This document shows positions 47,809 to 56,839 of a stretch of DNA of 64,000 nucleotides, one piece after another (the stretch's first letter is position 1; the number at the start of each line of letters is the position of its first letter). The stretch is from an uncultured Gemmatimonadota bacterium (lineage in GTDB: Bacteria > JAAXHH01), in the NCBI GenBank assembly GCA_951812955.1, contig OX638340.1, positions 1,440,001 to 1,504,000 of the forward strand. The letters are read 5' to 3'. The notes under the pieces are model-generated. The model was not told where the DNA came from. It saw only the letters and a program-made list of their open reading frames with translations, and made no database searches. Both the position numbers and the translations under genes were made by a program.

Positions 47809-49482
47809 TCAGAAACGCTCGGGTCTGCGGTATTCGCCGAAGACGCCGCGGAGCGTATCGCAGATCTCTCCCAGGGTTGCCCGTTCACGAACGGCGTCGA
47901 TGATAAGCGGCATCAGATTTTCTCCGGTACCGGCCGCCGATTCCAGCGCGTCGAGCGCTCGCGCCGCGCCGCGCCCGTCCCGCGTCTGTTTGAACGCCCG
48001 GACCCTTTCGATCTGCCTGGCCTCGATGGCGGGGTCGATGGGAAATGGCACCGGTCCCTCTTCCTCGGCGTCCGTGAAGCGGTTCACTCCGACGATGACC
48101 TGTTCTTCCCGTTCGATGGCCATCTGGTACGCATAGGCGCTGCGGCTGATTTCCTCCTGGGGGTAGCCCGCTTCGATAGCGCCCAGGGCGCCTCCCAGTT
48201 CGTCTATACGCTCCAGGTATGCCGTCGCCGCATTCTCGATTTCGCCGGTCAGTTTCTCCACAAAGTAGGATCCCGCAAAGGGGTCGACCGTGTCGGCCGC
48301 CCCGGTCTCGTGCGCGATGACCTGCTGTGTCCTCAGCGCCAGCGTCGCCGCCGATTCGGACGGCAGGGCAAGCGCTTCGTCGAGACTGTTGGTATGGAGG
48401 GATTGCGTGCCCCCGCACACCGCCGCCAGGGCCTGAAGCGCCACCCGCACGACGTTGTTCTCCGGTTGCTGCGCGGTCAGCGTTGATCCGCCGGTCTGGG
48501 TATGAAACCTGAGCTGCCATGACCGGGGATTTCTGGCCCCTACCCGTTCCCGCATGAGCCGGGCCCAGAGCCTCCGTGCCGCGCGGAACTTGGCCACCTC
48601 TTCAAAGAACTGGTTGTGGGCGTTGAAGAAGAAAGAAAGCTGCGGGGCGAACGCGTCGACGTCGACTCCGGCGTCCATTACCGCCTTAACGTATCCCAGC
48701 CCGTTGGCGAGGGTGAAGGCGACCTCCTGCACTGCGGTAGCGCCCGCTTCACGGATGTGATACCCGCTGATGCTGATGGGGTTCCACTTCGGCATGCTGC
48801 CCGCGCAGAAACGGATCAGGTCGGTGGCTAGGCGCAGTGAGGGTCCCGGCGGGTAGATGAAGGTGCCCCGGGCTATGTATTCTTTCAGGATGTCGTTCTG
48901 AACTGTGCCCGCGAGACGCTCCAGCGGGACACCGCGCTCCTCCGCCACAACCGCGTAGAGCGCCACCAGTACCGTGGCCGTGGCGTTGATGGTGAGCGAA
49001 GTGCTGACGGACTCCTGCGGGATTTCATCGAACAGGGTCCGCATGTCGTCGATGGTGGAGATCGCCACGCCCGTGCGTCCCACCTCGCCGGCCACCATGG
49101 GATGATCGGAATCGTAGCCGATCTGGGTGGGCAGGTCGAAGGCCACCGAAAGTCCGGTCTGTCCCTGGGAGAGCAGGTACCGGTAGCGGGCGTTGGTCTC
49201 TTCGGCCGAACCGAATCCCGCGTACTGACGCATCGTCCAGAGCCGGCCTCGGTACATGGTCGGGCGGATTCCCCGCGTAAAGGGGTACTGGCCGGGCAAT
49301 CCGATATCGGCATCCGGATCGATGTCCGAGGTGTCCTCGGGCGTGTACAGCCTCTTCACGGGAATGCCGGAGCCGGTCTCGAACCGTTCGCGGCGTTCGG
49401 GCAGCCGCTCCAGCGCCGGCTTAAGCTTATTCTCTTCCCATTTCTTCCGGGCTGTTTCCAGAGTTTCCTTGCCAGCATCCAT
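47809..49482 (-). CDS. Methylmalonyl-CoA mutase, catalytic (substrate-binding) subunit, split type without B12-binding domain
   Basis: 557 aa TIM-barrel MCM domain; no C-terminal cobalamin-binding domain. Confidence 0.93.
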   Translation of the reverse strand: MDAGKETLETARKKWEENKLKPALERLPERRERFETGSGIPVKRLYTPEDTSDIDPDADIGLPGQYPFTRGIRPTMYRGRLWTMRQYAGFGSAEETNARYRYLLSQGQTGLSVAFDLPTQIGYDSDHPMVAGEVGRTGVAISTIDDMRTLFDEIPQESVSTSLTINATATVLVALYAVVAEERGVPLERLAGTVQNDILKEYIARGTFIYPPGPSLRLATDLIRFCAGSMPKWNPISISGYHIREAGATAVQEVAFTLANGLGYVKAVMDAGVDVDAFAPQLSFFFNAHNQFFEEVAKFRAARRLWARLMRERVGARNPRSWQLRFHTQTGGSTLTAQQPENNVVRVALQALAAVCGGTQSLHTNSLDEALALPSESAATLALRTQQVIAHETGAADTVDPFAGSYFVEKLTGEIENAATAYLERIDELGGALGAIEAGYPQEEISRSAYAYQMAIEREEQVIVGVNRFTDAEEEGPVPFPIDPAIEARQIERVRAFKQTRDGRGAARALDALESAAGTGENLMPLIIDAVRERATLGEICDTLRGVFGEYRRPERF

Positions 49483-49567
49483 GACCGGTGAATCCGCGTT
49501 GTCTCAGGGTAGAAGAGTTGATGTCCGGGCCCTGAAATCTACACCGGATCCACCCGCAAGTCAACGT

Positions 49568-49672
49568 GTTTGGGGGGGGGCGGTGCGACCGGGTTTGGGG
49601 GGCGGCGCGCACGGGTTTGGGGGCAGCCCACCCGGGTATGGGCGGCGCGACCGGGTTTGGGGGGCGCCGCGC
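49568..49672. repeat. G-rich imperfect about 22-bp tandem repeats (cggcgcgcacgggtttgggggg-like x5) including a G9 homopolymer (49571-49579)
   Basis: Read directly in the mcm-upstream / HD-gene-downstream spacer. Confidence 0.85.
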
Positions 49673-49687
49673 ACGCGTCGTATGCCC

Positions 49688-50248
49688 CTACGACCCTGCG
49701 AGGCCCAACGCGTCCGCCTCGCCCTGCATGGCCTCGATGACGTTGGCGATGTGTTCGCCCAGATCGAGGCCCAGGCTCTCGGCTCCTTCGACGATGTCCT
49801 CGCGGGAAACGGCGCGGGCGAAGGCGACCGCCTTCATCTTCTTCCGCACGGATTTCACTTTCACTTCGTGCACGCTTCCGGAAGGCCGAACGAGCGCGAC
49901 GGCGGTGATGAATCCAACGAGTTCGTCCACGGCGAAAAGCGTCTTGTCCATCAGACTGCGCCGCTCGAGACCGAGGTAGGTGGCATGGGACTTGATGGCG
50001 TAGATTACGTCCTCGGGGTAACCCTCTTCCTCCAGGATCTTTGCCCCGCGCATGGGATGGTCCTTTGGATCGGGCGTGGCTTCGTAGTCGAAATCGTGCA
50101 ACAGGCCCACGTTGCCCCATTTCTCCTCGTCCTCGCCGTATTTCCTGGCGTAGTGCCGCATGGCGGCCTCCACCCCCAGGGCGTGTTTCTGCAGGCTGTC
50201 CGTCTTCGTATGCTCATGGAGCAAAGTCAGCGCGTCGTCGCGATTCAA
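49688..50248 (-). CDS. HD-domain phosphohydrolase
   Basis: H...HD...D motifs (LLHDFDYE); TTG start with purine-rich SD. Confidence 0.8.
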   Translation of the reverse strand: MNRDDALTLLHEHTKTDSLQKHALGVEAAMRHYARKYGEDEEKWGNVGLLHDFDYEATPDPKDHPMRGAKILEEEGYPEDVIYAIKSHATYLGLERRSLMDKTLFAVDELVGFITAVALVRPSGSVHEVKVKSVRKKMKAVAFARAVSREDIVEGAESLGLDLGEHIANVIEAMQGEADALGLAGS

Positions 50249-50266
50249 TTCGTTTCCCTTCCCTTC

Positions 50267-52207
50267 CTACCGGATCACGGCACGGCCGTAGTAGTAGGGC
50301 AGGGCCTGGGCGGAGGGACGGTAGGACCAGGCCAGGCGGGCCTTGCCGATGTTTGCCCCGGGACCGGCATCGGTCTCGTCGCCGTCGTAGATCACCAGGT
50401 TGAAGCCGATGGTCTCTCCCGCCGGCGGCGCGGCGCCACCGGGCATTTCGGACCAGGGGATGGCGGTCTCGATCACGTATCCGTAGTCGGTGAACCTGGA
50501 CGCCACCCGCATGCCCGGCGCCGTCTTCTCGATAACGCCCTGCCGGGCGTCGGCGTCCCGGGCCGCCCTGGGCTCGCGGCCCGCTGTCGTCCCTGGAAAG
50601 ATGCCTGCCTTGAACACCGTCAGCGTGTTGTCGCTCCGCCCGGACGGGTCGACGCAGATCTCCACGGCGTCCGATCGCCAGTGGCCCTTGACGTCGTCCG
50701 GGGCGATGTTGCAGACCACCGCGTCGTCCCGCACGTCCACGGCGACGTAAAGGTTCGCCCGGTCATAGGCGACGCGGAACACCGCGCTGCAGTCGTCATC
50801 GCCGCCCGGTAAGGATCCCGACCATATGTGGCCCGACGTAATGGCGTGGGTACCGATCCCCTCCCAGTCGGCGAGATCGCCGTCGATCCGCATGGGACCC
50901 TCGGCAACCGCCAGATCCAGGACAGGCAACACGTCGATCATGCCCCCCTCTTCAAGGATCCGACCCGACGTGTCGGCCGTCAGCCGCACCGGGTAGCTTC
51001 CCTGCGCCACGTGATCCGGCACGTCCACGGTGAATGGGACCATCGTCCGGTCCTGGCCCGCAACCTCAAAGTCCGCCTCCAGGGGATCGTCTGTCCACCC
51101 ATCGGGAAGATCGAGCCTCACCCGGCCCGCCGCGCCCTCGGGAGTCCGGCTGGCTGCCTCTATCTCCAGGGTGCCCGTCATGCCTGACCCGATGGACAGC
51201 GCGGCCGGAAGCAGGCCCGCGACCCACGACACCTGGTGTTCCTCGGCCCAGCGGCGGTACCTGACGATGTCCGATCGGGGCACCATACCGATGGTCAGTG
51301 GCTCGGACGAAGGCGGCGGCCCCAGGACGATCCCGGGATCGCGCGGCCCCTCCAGGCCGCCCAGGAGGGTCTTCAAACCATCCGGCGACGGCGGCACAAG
51401 AGTCTTCACGAGCAGGAACGACTCCGCCCGGGCGCTGGCCGGAGGAAGCGTCGCCCTCCGATCGAAGCCCTGCGACCTGAAGTTGCGCAGGGCCAGGGAC
51501 TTGATCTCCGCGTAGCTCAGGAACCGGCTCGGTGAGATATCGCCCGACGGTATGGAAATCGAACCCTCCCGACGGGTGTTGTAGTAGAGTTTAGCCGGCT
51601 GCCAGGTCCGCAGGAACTCATCGCCGATCTGTTCCGGGAAACGCCCGGGATCGGCAGCGGCGGAAAAGGCCTCCGTCGCGAGCCGGGCCGCGGCCTGGTG
51701 ATGGCCGTGAGTGCCCGGTCCGGGCCACATGGTCACGATGACGTCCGGGCGGAGCAGGCGGACAAGCCGCACGATCCTGCCCAGTGTGTCCTCATGGCCC
51801 CAGACATCGTACGTGGCCTTGTCGCTCAGTGTGTAGAAGAAATCGGTCTTGTCCAGGAAATAGACCAGGTCCACCCCGTACTCGGCAGCAGACCGGCGTA
51901 TCTCGGCCTCTCGCAGTATGCCCAGCGAGGGACCGAGTTCCCGCCCGATGGCATTGCCGCCGCCCTCACCCCGCGTGATGAGCACGATGCCCGCCTTTGC
52001 GCCGCCGTCCAGGACCTCGCGGGCAAAGGTGGCCGTTACGCCGCTTTCATCGTCGGGATGGGCGCCCACGTAGAGCAGGTCTACTTTCAGCAAGTGATCG
52101 GATCGCATCTGTTCTATGGACTGTGCGGAGACAGATCCGGATAGCAGCGGGAGAAGAAGGATCAGGCCGAACCATCTTCCCGTAAGGAAGCAAGCGCCAC
52201 GCATCAT
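50267..52207 (-). CDS. Secreted PIG-L/LmbE-family N-acetylglucosaminyl deacetylase fused to a CBM9-like carbohydrate-binding domain
   Basis: Signal peptide from ATG 52207 (MMRGACFLTGRWFGLILLLPLLSGSVSA), LYVGAHPDDESG motif, C-terminal CBM9-like domain; the 78 upstream codons of the ORF-track model are treated as non-coding. Confidence 0.8.
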   Translation of the reverse strand: MMRGACFLTGRWFGLILLLPLLSGSVSAQSIEQMRSDHLLKVDLLYVGAHPDDESGVTATFAREVLDGGAKAGIVLITRGEGGGNAIGRELGPSLGILREAEIRRSAAEYGVDLVYFLDKTDFFYTLSDKATYDVWGHEDTLGRIVRLVRLLRPDVIVTMWPGPGTHGHHQAAARLATEAFSAAADPGRFPEQIGDEFLRTWQPAKLYYNTRREGSISIPSGDISPSRFLSYAEIKSLALRNFRSQGFDRRATLPPASARAESFLLVKTLVPPSPDGLKTLLGGLEGPRDPGIVLGPPPSSEPLTIGMVPRSDIVRYRRWAEEHQVSWVAGLLPAALSIGSGMTGTLEIEAASRTPEGAAGRVRLDLPDGWTDDPLEADFEVAGQDRTMVPFTVDVPDHVAQGSYPVRLTADTSGRILEEGGMIDVLPVLDLAVAEGPMRIDGDLADWEGIGTHAITSGHIWSGSLPGGDDDCSAVFRVAYDRANLYVAVDVRDDAVVCNIAPDDVKGHWRSDAVEICVDPSGRSDNTLTVFKAGIFPGTTAGREPRAARDADARQGVIEKTAPGMRVASRFTDYGYVIETAIPWSEMPGGAAPPAGETIGFNLVIYDGDETDAGPGANIGKARLAWSYRPSAQALPYYYGRAVIR

Positions 52208-52365
52208 TTCAAGTCGAATCGAAGGGAATGGGCGGAACCCGAAGTGAAGTCTAACCGCATCGAACCGTGGTCGTATACGCCCCGGTTGGACCGCGATCTC
52301 ATTGCGATCTAGATACGTCCCATCCCGTAGTTGTGTCAAGGCTTTTGGTTTAACGACCACAATGA

Positions 52366-52403
52366 AACGGCCGCGGTGGAACGGCCGCGGTGGAACGGCC
52401 GCG
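52366..52403. repeat. 14-bp tandem repeat (aacggccgcggtgg x2.7) in the divergent promoter region
   Basis: Read directly. Confidence 0.85.
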
Positions 52404-52572
52404 TATGGGTTGATATCCGGACCGTTCGTATACATAATCATAATTAAGGCGCGGAATCACCCGATTGCGAACGAGCATATATCATGCAAGATCAAACCTG
52501 AGTACGAGTCTCTCGTCTCAACAATATGATGAACTACGAGGAGACTTTCCAACCAAACGGAGGATGTGCAAC

Positions 52573-53583
52573 ATGGGCGATCTTATTGCCGTTCATCCCG
52601 ACTTCGACGGTGTCTGGCCCTTTGCCGCCGGCCACTTCCATACCCTATGGCCCGAAGCGGAATTCATACGCCTGACCCACGGGGACGAGCGTCCCCTCGG
52701 CGATGTCGCGATGGACGCGGGCCGGGTGAAGCGGCTGGCCGCTCTCGGTGTGCCGGTGACCGTCGCATGTCTGAAACGGTTCGGCGCGCTGCGTGAAGCG
52801 ACTTTTCAGGGAGCCTGCGGCCGGGGGCCGGACGAGGATTGCGGCACGTACCTGGCCGGGGCCGGCGTCGCCGTTTACGACCATCCGAGCGAGGGTTTCT
52901 GGTCGCAGTCCGTGGCGGAATTCGGCCTGGCGCTGACGCTGTGCGGATTGCGCCGGATTCCCCAGTTGCATCGGCAGATTATCCACGACCAGGCGCCCTG
53001 GGACTACGAACCGCCTGGCGGCCGGGGCCGCCCGGGGGAAAGGGGCCAGCAGTTCGGCGACGATCCGGCCTTTGCCAACGGGACACTGGCCGGCAAACGG
53101 ATGCGGATCGTGGGGGCCGGCAACATCGCCAGCAGGTTCGCGAGCTTCGCGTCGATGCTGGGCGCCGACGTGGCTGCCTGGGACCCCTACGCCTCCGAAC
53201 CGGGCTTTCACCGTGCCGGTTCGCGCCGGGTCTACCACCTGGATCAATTGGTCTCGGACGCAGAGGTGTTCGCGCCCATGGTGCCGCTCACTGAATCAAC
53301 GCACGGCGTGGTCACGGCCGGACACGTCGACGCGCTACCCCGCGGCTGCCTCGTGGTGCTGGTAACCCGGGCACTGGTCTGCGACATGGACGCGATCCGG
53401 CGGCGGGTCCTGGCCGACGAACTGAGCCTGGCGGCGGACGTGTGGAACGAAGAACCCCTGTCCCTGGACGATCCACTGCTCGGTCGCTTCAACGTCGTGC
53501 ACACGCCGCACAACGCGGGGCGCACCATCGACGCGAACAGGTCCTGGGCGGAGAAACTGGCCGCGCAGTTCAGGCCGGGCTAA
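52573..53583 (+). CDS. D-isomer-specific 2-hydroxyacid dehydrogenase family protein
   Basis: NAD-binding GAGNIA, catalytic region HTPHNAG; ATG 52573 with GGAGG SD. Confidence 0.88.
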   Translation: MGDLIAVHPDFDGVWPFAAGHFHTLWPEAEFIRLTHGDERPLGDVAMDAGRVKRLAALGVPVTVACLKRFGALREATFQGACGRGPDEDCGTYLAGAGVAVYDHPSEGFWSQSVAEFGLALTLCGLRRIPQLHRQIIHDQAPWDYEPPGGRGRPGERGQQFGDDPAFANGTLAGKRMRIVGAGNIASRFASFASMLGADVAAWDPYASEPGFHRAGSRRVYHLDQLVSDAEVFAPMVPLTESTHGVVTAGHVDALPRGCLVVLVTRALVCDMDAIRRRVLADELSLAADVWNEEPLSLDDPLLGRFNVVHTPHNAGRTIDANRSWAEKLAAQFRPG

Positions 53584-53778
53584 GGTTCCGCGCAGGGAGA
53601 ATGGAACAGCATTTTAATACTGGTTTTTATTGACTGTTGACGTATATTAAGATGCATATAAGTATTTTAACAGATGTCGGCTCGCGCGGAGTGCAGGCGA
53701 ACGCAGCGGACCGGACCTCTTCCACGGGCGATATTTCAAACAGAATGTCCCCCGTTGTCCTGGTATTAAGGTTAAAAG

Positions 53779-53964
53779 ATGAAAGATAGAACTTCTGATT
53801 TCGATCCGGAAAAAGGTATTCCGGAGACCGAGGAAGAAGAAATAGACTACGACGCCCGGAATACGAAAGAACTATTGAAAAGCGGTTTTATTTCCAAAGC
53901 CGTATATGATGAAATACAAGTACAACTGATAAGGCGTAGGGAGGCGCTGAGCCGAGAGAAGTAG
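53779..53964 (+). CDS. Small hypothetical protein (61 aa) in an AT-rich spacer
   Basis: ORF with AAGG 5 nt upstream; weak. Confidence 0.3.
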   Translation: MKDRTSDFDPEKGIPETEEEEIDYDARNTKELLKSGFISKAVYDEIQVQLIRRREALSREK

Positions 53965-54049
53965 GACCTGGTTCGAGGAATCGTGATCGAATTCGGAGGT
54001 TCGCTGCCGATAGGGGTAGCGCTTTCGGTCCTGCACGCCACGCTGGTCT

Positions 54050-54556
54050 TCAGTGCCCGTTCCGTTCCAATGTTCCTGCCTTGACCTCAACCTTTCCGAT
54101 CTCGTTTCCGAAGTACTGAATCATCCTCAGGGCTGCGTCCACCTCGTCCGACTGCACGAACTCCCATTGGTCTGATTCCTCGATGCCGCGCTCCGCCTCG
54201 ATGCCGCGCTCCGCAAGGAGATTGCGGAATCGATCCGCCACCGCCCGCCCCCTGCTGCTCAAATCATACATCCAGAGATCGGGATCGGCGGGATCCATGC
54301 TGCTCCGCACCATGTGACCGCGTTCCAGTCCGCACATCGCGGATTTCGTGCTCGAATGCGCACAGTCCAGGTGCCTGGAAATGGCGCTCATGGGTAGCGC
54401 GCCTAATCGCTCAAGTGCAAACAGGGCCCGGATCCGGAGGATCGTCTCATCCCGGCGCTCCAGTTCGTCTTCGCGGTGGGACAGGAACCGGAAGGCCAGA
54501 CGCTCCACCACTCCCAAAAAACGGCGTTCCAGTTCACTTCTGTGCCAATCGGACAT
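54050..54556 (-). CDS. MarR-family transcriptional regulator
   Basis: Winged HTH LGALPMSAISRHLDCAHSSTKSAMCGLERGHMVRS; AGGTGG SD. Confidence 0.8.
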   Translation of the reverse strand: MSDWHRSELERRFLGVVERLAFRFLSHREDELERRDETILRIRALFALERLGALPMSAISRHLDCAHSSTKSAMCGLERGHMVRSSMDPADPDLWMYDLSSRGRAVADRFRNLLAERGIEAERGIEESDQWEFVQSDEVDAALRMIQYFGNEIGKVEVKAGTLERNGH

Positions 54557-54632
54557 GTGTCCACCTGTTCATGTAGATGAAATCTGTATCCGGTCGATGG
54601 ACTCGAAATCCGGTACGGGTATGACAGGCAGG

Positions 54633-54815
54633 TTATCTGCCGATTGTCCCATTGCCGATTCGCCGCTCTATCTTTTCCACTGCGTGCAGCAGTTCGCGAA
54701 CAAAAGTCCTCAAGTCTTTCATCTCGCGTTCAATCTTGAGTACGTGTGCCAGGATCGCCTCCTGGTTCTTCTCCAGCACGCGCATGTATTCGTACTTTTT
54801 CATCTGCTGTTCCAC
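54633..54815 (-). CDS. Small basic helical protein (60 aa)
   Basis: GTG start with GAGGA SD 8 nt upstream; 76 nt upstream of MarR on the same strand. Confidence 0.4.
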   Translation of the reverse strand: MEQQMKKYEYMRVLEKNQEAILAHVLKIEREMKDLRTFVRELLHAVEKIERRIGNGTIGR

Positions 54816-54930
54816 GCCTTGGTCCTCGCTTCCAGTTTGATGAGAAATACCGACTGCTTACAGTCACATCGGCATCATTTGCCTGATTACAGTTCTGCGC
54901 AGTAAACGTGCGTGGCGCCGGTGTCTGCCT

Positions 54931-54969
54931 ATAACAAAAAGCCCCGGTATCACCCAGGGGCCCGGGGCT
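54931..54969 (-). terminator. Rho-independent terminator (minus strand): stem AGCCCCGG/CCGGGGCT followed by TTTTTGTTAT
   Basis: 8-bp GC stem plus U-tract on the minus strand. Confidence 0.55.
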
Positions 54970-55331
54970 TGATGCTACCTGACCTGCATATGCACGGCCG
55001 TCGTCCGATGCTTACGTCGTCCGATGCTTAATGGTGGCAGGCTGCACGCCGCCTATAGTGGCCGTGTTTCCTGCTTGAAGCGGACGAGAATTCGTTCCAA
55101 GGTGCCTGGAACCGATGAGCTAGGCGGCTTCGTTTACATCGCATGGCTCCCATGAACGTTACCCAGCTCGATCGGATTGTTTGACAACTGCACAAATTGC
55201 ACACACGCTAAGTGGTAGATATACGTTTATGACAACAATATCAAGAACAAGTATAGTAATGTCAATAGTAAATTACGTTATAACTGTTATTTCGTTAAAT
55301 AGTAGTTTAATTTAAGGAGAGTAATAAAACA

Positions 55332-55370
55332 ATGAAATACTCTGATTTGCGATTCTACAGGCTTTACTAG
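55332..55370 (+). other. 12-codon mini-ORF (MKYSDLRFYRLY) with strong RBS AAGGAGAG inside a 30%-GC segment
   Basis: AAGGAGAG-9 nt-ATG; the only well-initiated ORF in the AT-rich stretch. Confidence 0.25.
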
Positions 55371-55747
55371 CTTCAAAAACAAGGAATGGTGATACTCTAG
55401 TGACCATTTAATCCATTTTAAGATAATATTGTTTATATATAACTTTTCTTTTTATACGTCGTTCTAACCTGACCAATCTCCAAATCCGGTATGGTTTTCC
55501 TTTTTCGAATGCACAGGTTTCAATAACCCGTACTGCCCTATACTGCTTGACATTGGCATCGTTTACGGCGTAGTTTATTCCGGAATTTGTTGCGAATGGA
55601 AATTGCTGGTCGGGGGCAGTCAAGAAACGAAATACAGGATGGGAATTGGCGACCGAAATGGTAAACAACGCCTCGATCAGGGAATCAATAAACGGAGGAT
55701 AGCATCCCCGGATTCCTTCGTATCACCGGCCTGTTTAACTTAGGTGA

Positions 55748-56263
55748 GTGATCGTGCAGGTAAACAACCTGAGAGATCTTTCAGATCGCTTCGTGACCGT
55801 AGTGAGACAGTTGTGCCGTTTGACATACATCGCAAGACTGAATGAGTGGCAGGGGCTGGACATGACCGTGCCTCAGATCAAGACGTTGATTCTGATCGAG
55901 CACTTGGGGCCGCTCAGGATGGGCGCGATAGCCAGTTACCTGGGCAGCGGCCTTTCCACTACGACCACGATAGTGGATCGCCTGGTGAAAAAGCAGCTGG
56001 TTCAACGGGATTCGGATCCGAACGATCGAAGAGTCGTGATATGCGAACTGACTTCCAAGGGTCGGGATGCGACCGAGTTGTTCTGGGATCACCTGAAGAC
56101 GAAAGCGCTGATGCTTTCCGATCAGTGGGAAGTGGATCAATTCGAAAAGGTCGTCCAGGCGCTTGAACTGATCTGGGGTACCGAGGAAGCGCTTCAATCG
56201 GCATCTGATTCCGCTCCGCCCATCGTCAGCCAATCTCCCGGCGCCAAGTCATCCGCGCTTTAA
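55748..56263 (+). CDS. MarR-family transcriptional regulator
   Basis: wHTH LGPLRMGAIASYLGSGLSTTTTIVDRLVKKQLVQRDSDPNDRRV; GTG start after GGTGA. Confidence 0.8.
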   Translation: MIVQVNNLRDLSDRFVTVVRQLCRLTYIARLNEWQGLDMTVPQIKTLILIEHLGPLRMGAIASYLGSGLSTTTTIVDRLVKKQLVQRDSDPNDRRVVICELTSKGRDATELFWDHLKTKALMLSDQWEVDQFEKVVQALELIWGTEEALQSASDSAPPIVSQSPGAKSSAL

Positions 56264-56384
56264 TCACTTCCCGGCCAAACCGTCTCAAGTCCCCGGGAAA
56301 AAAGAAACCCCGACAACCCTTGGTTTGCGGAGGGTTTCGGGGATGTGGTGGAAAAAGCCGCGAGTGCTTACTACACTGACCGTA

Positions 56385-56456
56385 TAGCGGTACGGGGAAT
56401 CGAACCCCGGTTTGATGGCTGAGAACCACCCGTCCTAACCACTAGACGATACCGCC
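56385..56456 (-). tRNA. tRNA-Glu (anticodon CTC)
   Basis: Folded by hand: acceptor GGCGGTA/TACCGCT, anticodon loop TTCTCAG, T-loop TTCGATT. Confidence 0.8.
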
Positions 56457-56568
56457 GCGTTGCTCTTGACGAAAATACCCCATTTACCGGCCATAGTCAA
56501 GTATCCGGGCCGGCTTTTATATCGCTTCGAAGACGTAAAATCCTCTACGGGCATGGCAAGAATGTGAA

Positions 56569-56639
56569 CTGGGGGGCAGGGATTCGAACCCCGATTCCAT
56601 GGTCCAGAGCCATGTGTCCTACCCTTGAACGACCCCCCA
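56569..56639 (-). tRNA. tRNA-Gln (anticodon CTG)
   Basis: U1-A72 acceptor TGGGGGG/CCCCCCA, anticodon stem CATGG/CCATG, loop CTCTGGA, discriminator G; matches the bacterial tRNA-Gln architecture. Confidence 0.88.
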
Positions 56640-56839
56640 TCGAACCGGCGTTTCGCAGGACAACTTCTCCCGTCGGCGCCGGGTATATTATAGGAATTTC
56701 ACCGGGAAAATCAAGGGAAATCAGAAAGGCGGTTTCCTGTCCGGAACCTTGCCGGAACCCCTCCGGAACCCGTCCGGATCCCGTTCCGCGGGCAGCAGGG
56801 GCATTAGCACGCGCGGCTCGGACACGGCTTAAATACTGC

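Noticed and set aside
49571-49579. G9 homopolymer as a definite phase-variation switch
   Set aside because: It cannot be distinguished from a sequencing or assembly homopolymer error without read data. It is kept only as a cautious finding.
50267-52441. 5' extension (78 codons) of the PIG-L/CBM9 ORF
   Set aside because: It precedes the signal peptide and has no SD. The true start is judged to be ATG 52207.
55408-55668. 86-aa minus-strand ORF entering the AT-rich inter-MarR region
   Set aside because: TTG start without an SD; Lys-rich tail dictated by AT-rich DNA. More likely the regulatory/leader region of the MarR gene at 55748.
56270-56340. Terminator-like hairpin after the second MarR gene
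   Set aside because: Only partial complementarity (aaaccccga / tcggggat) and no clean U-tract, so it was not reported as a feature.
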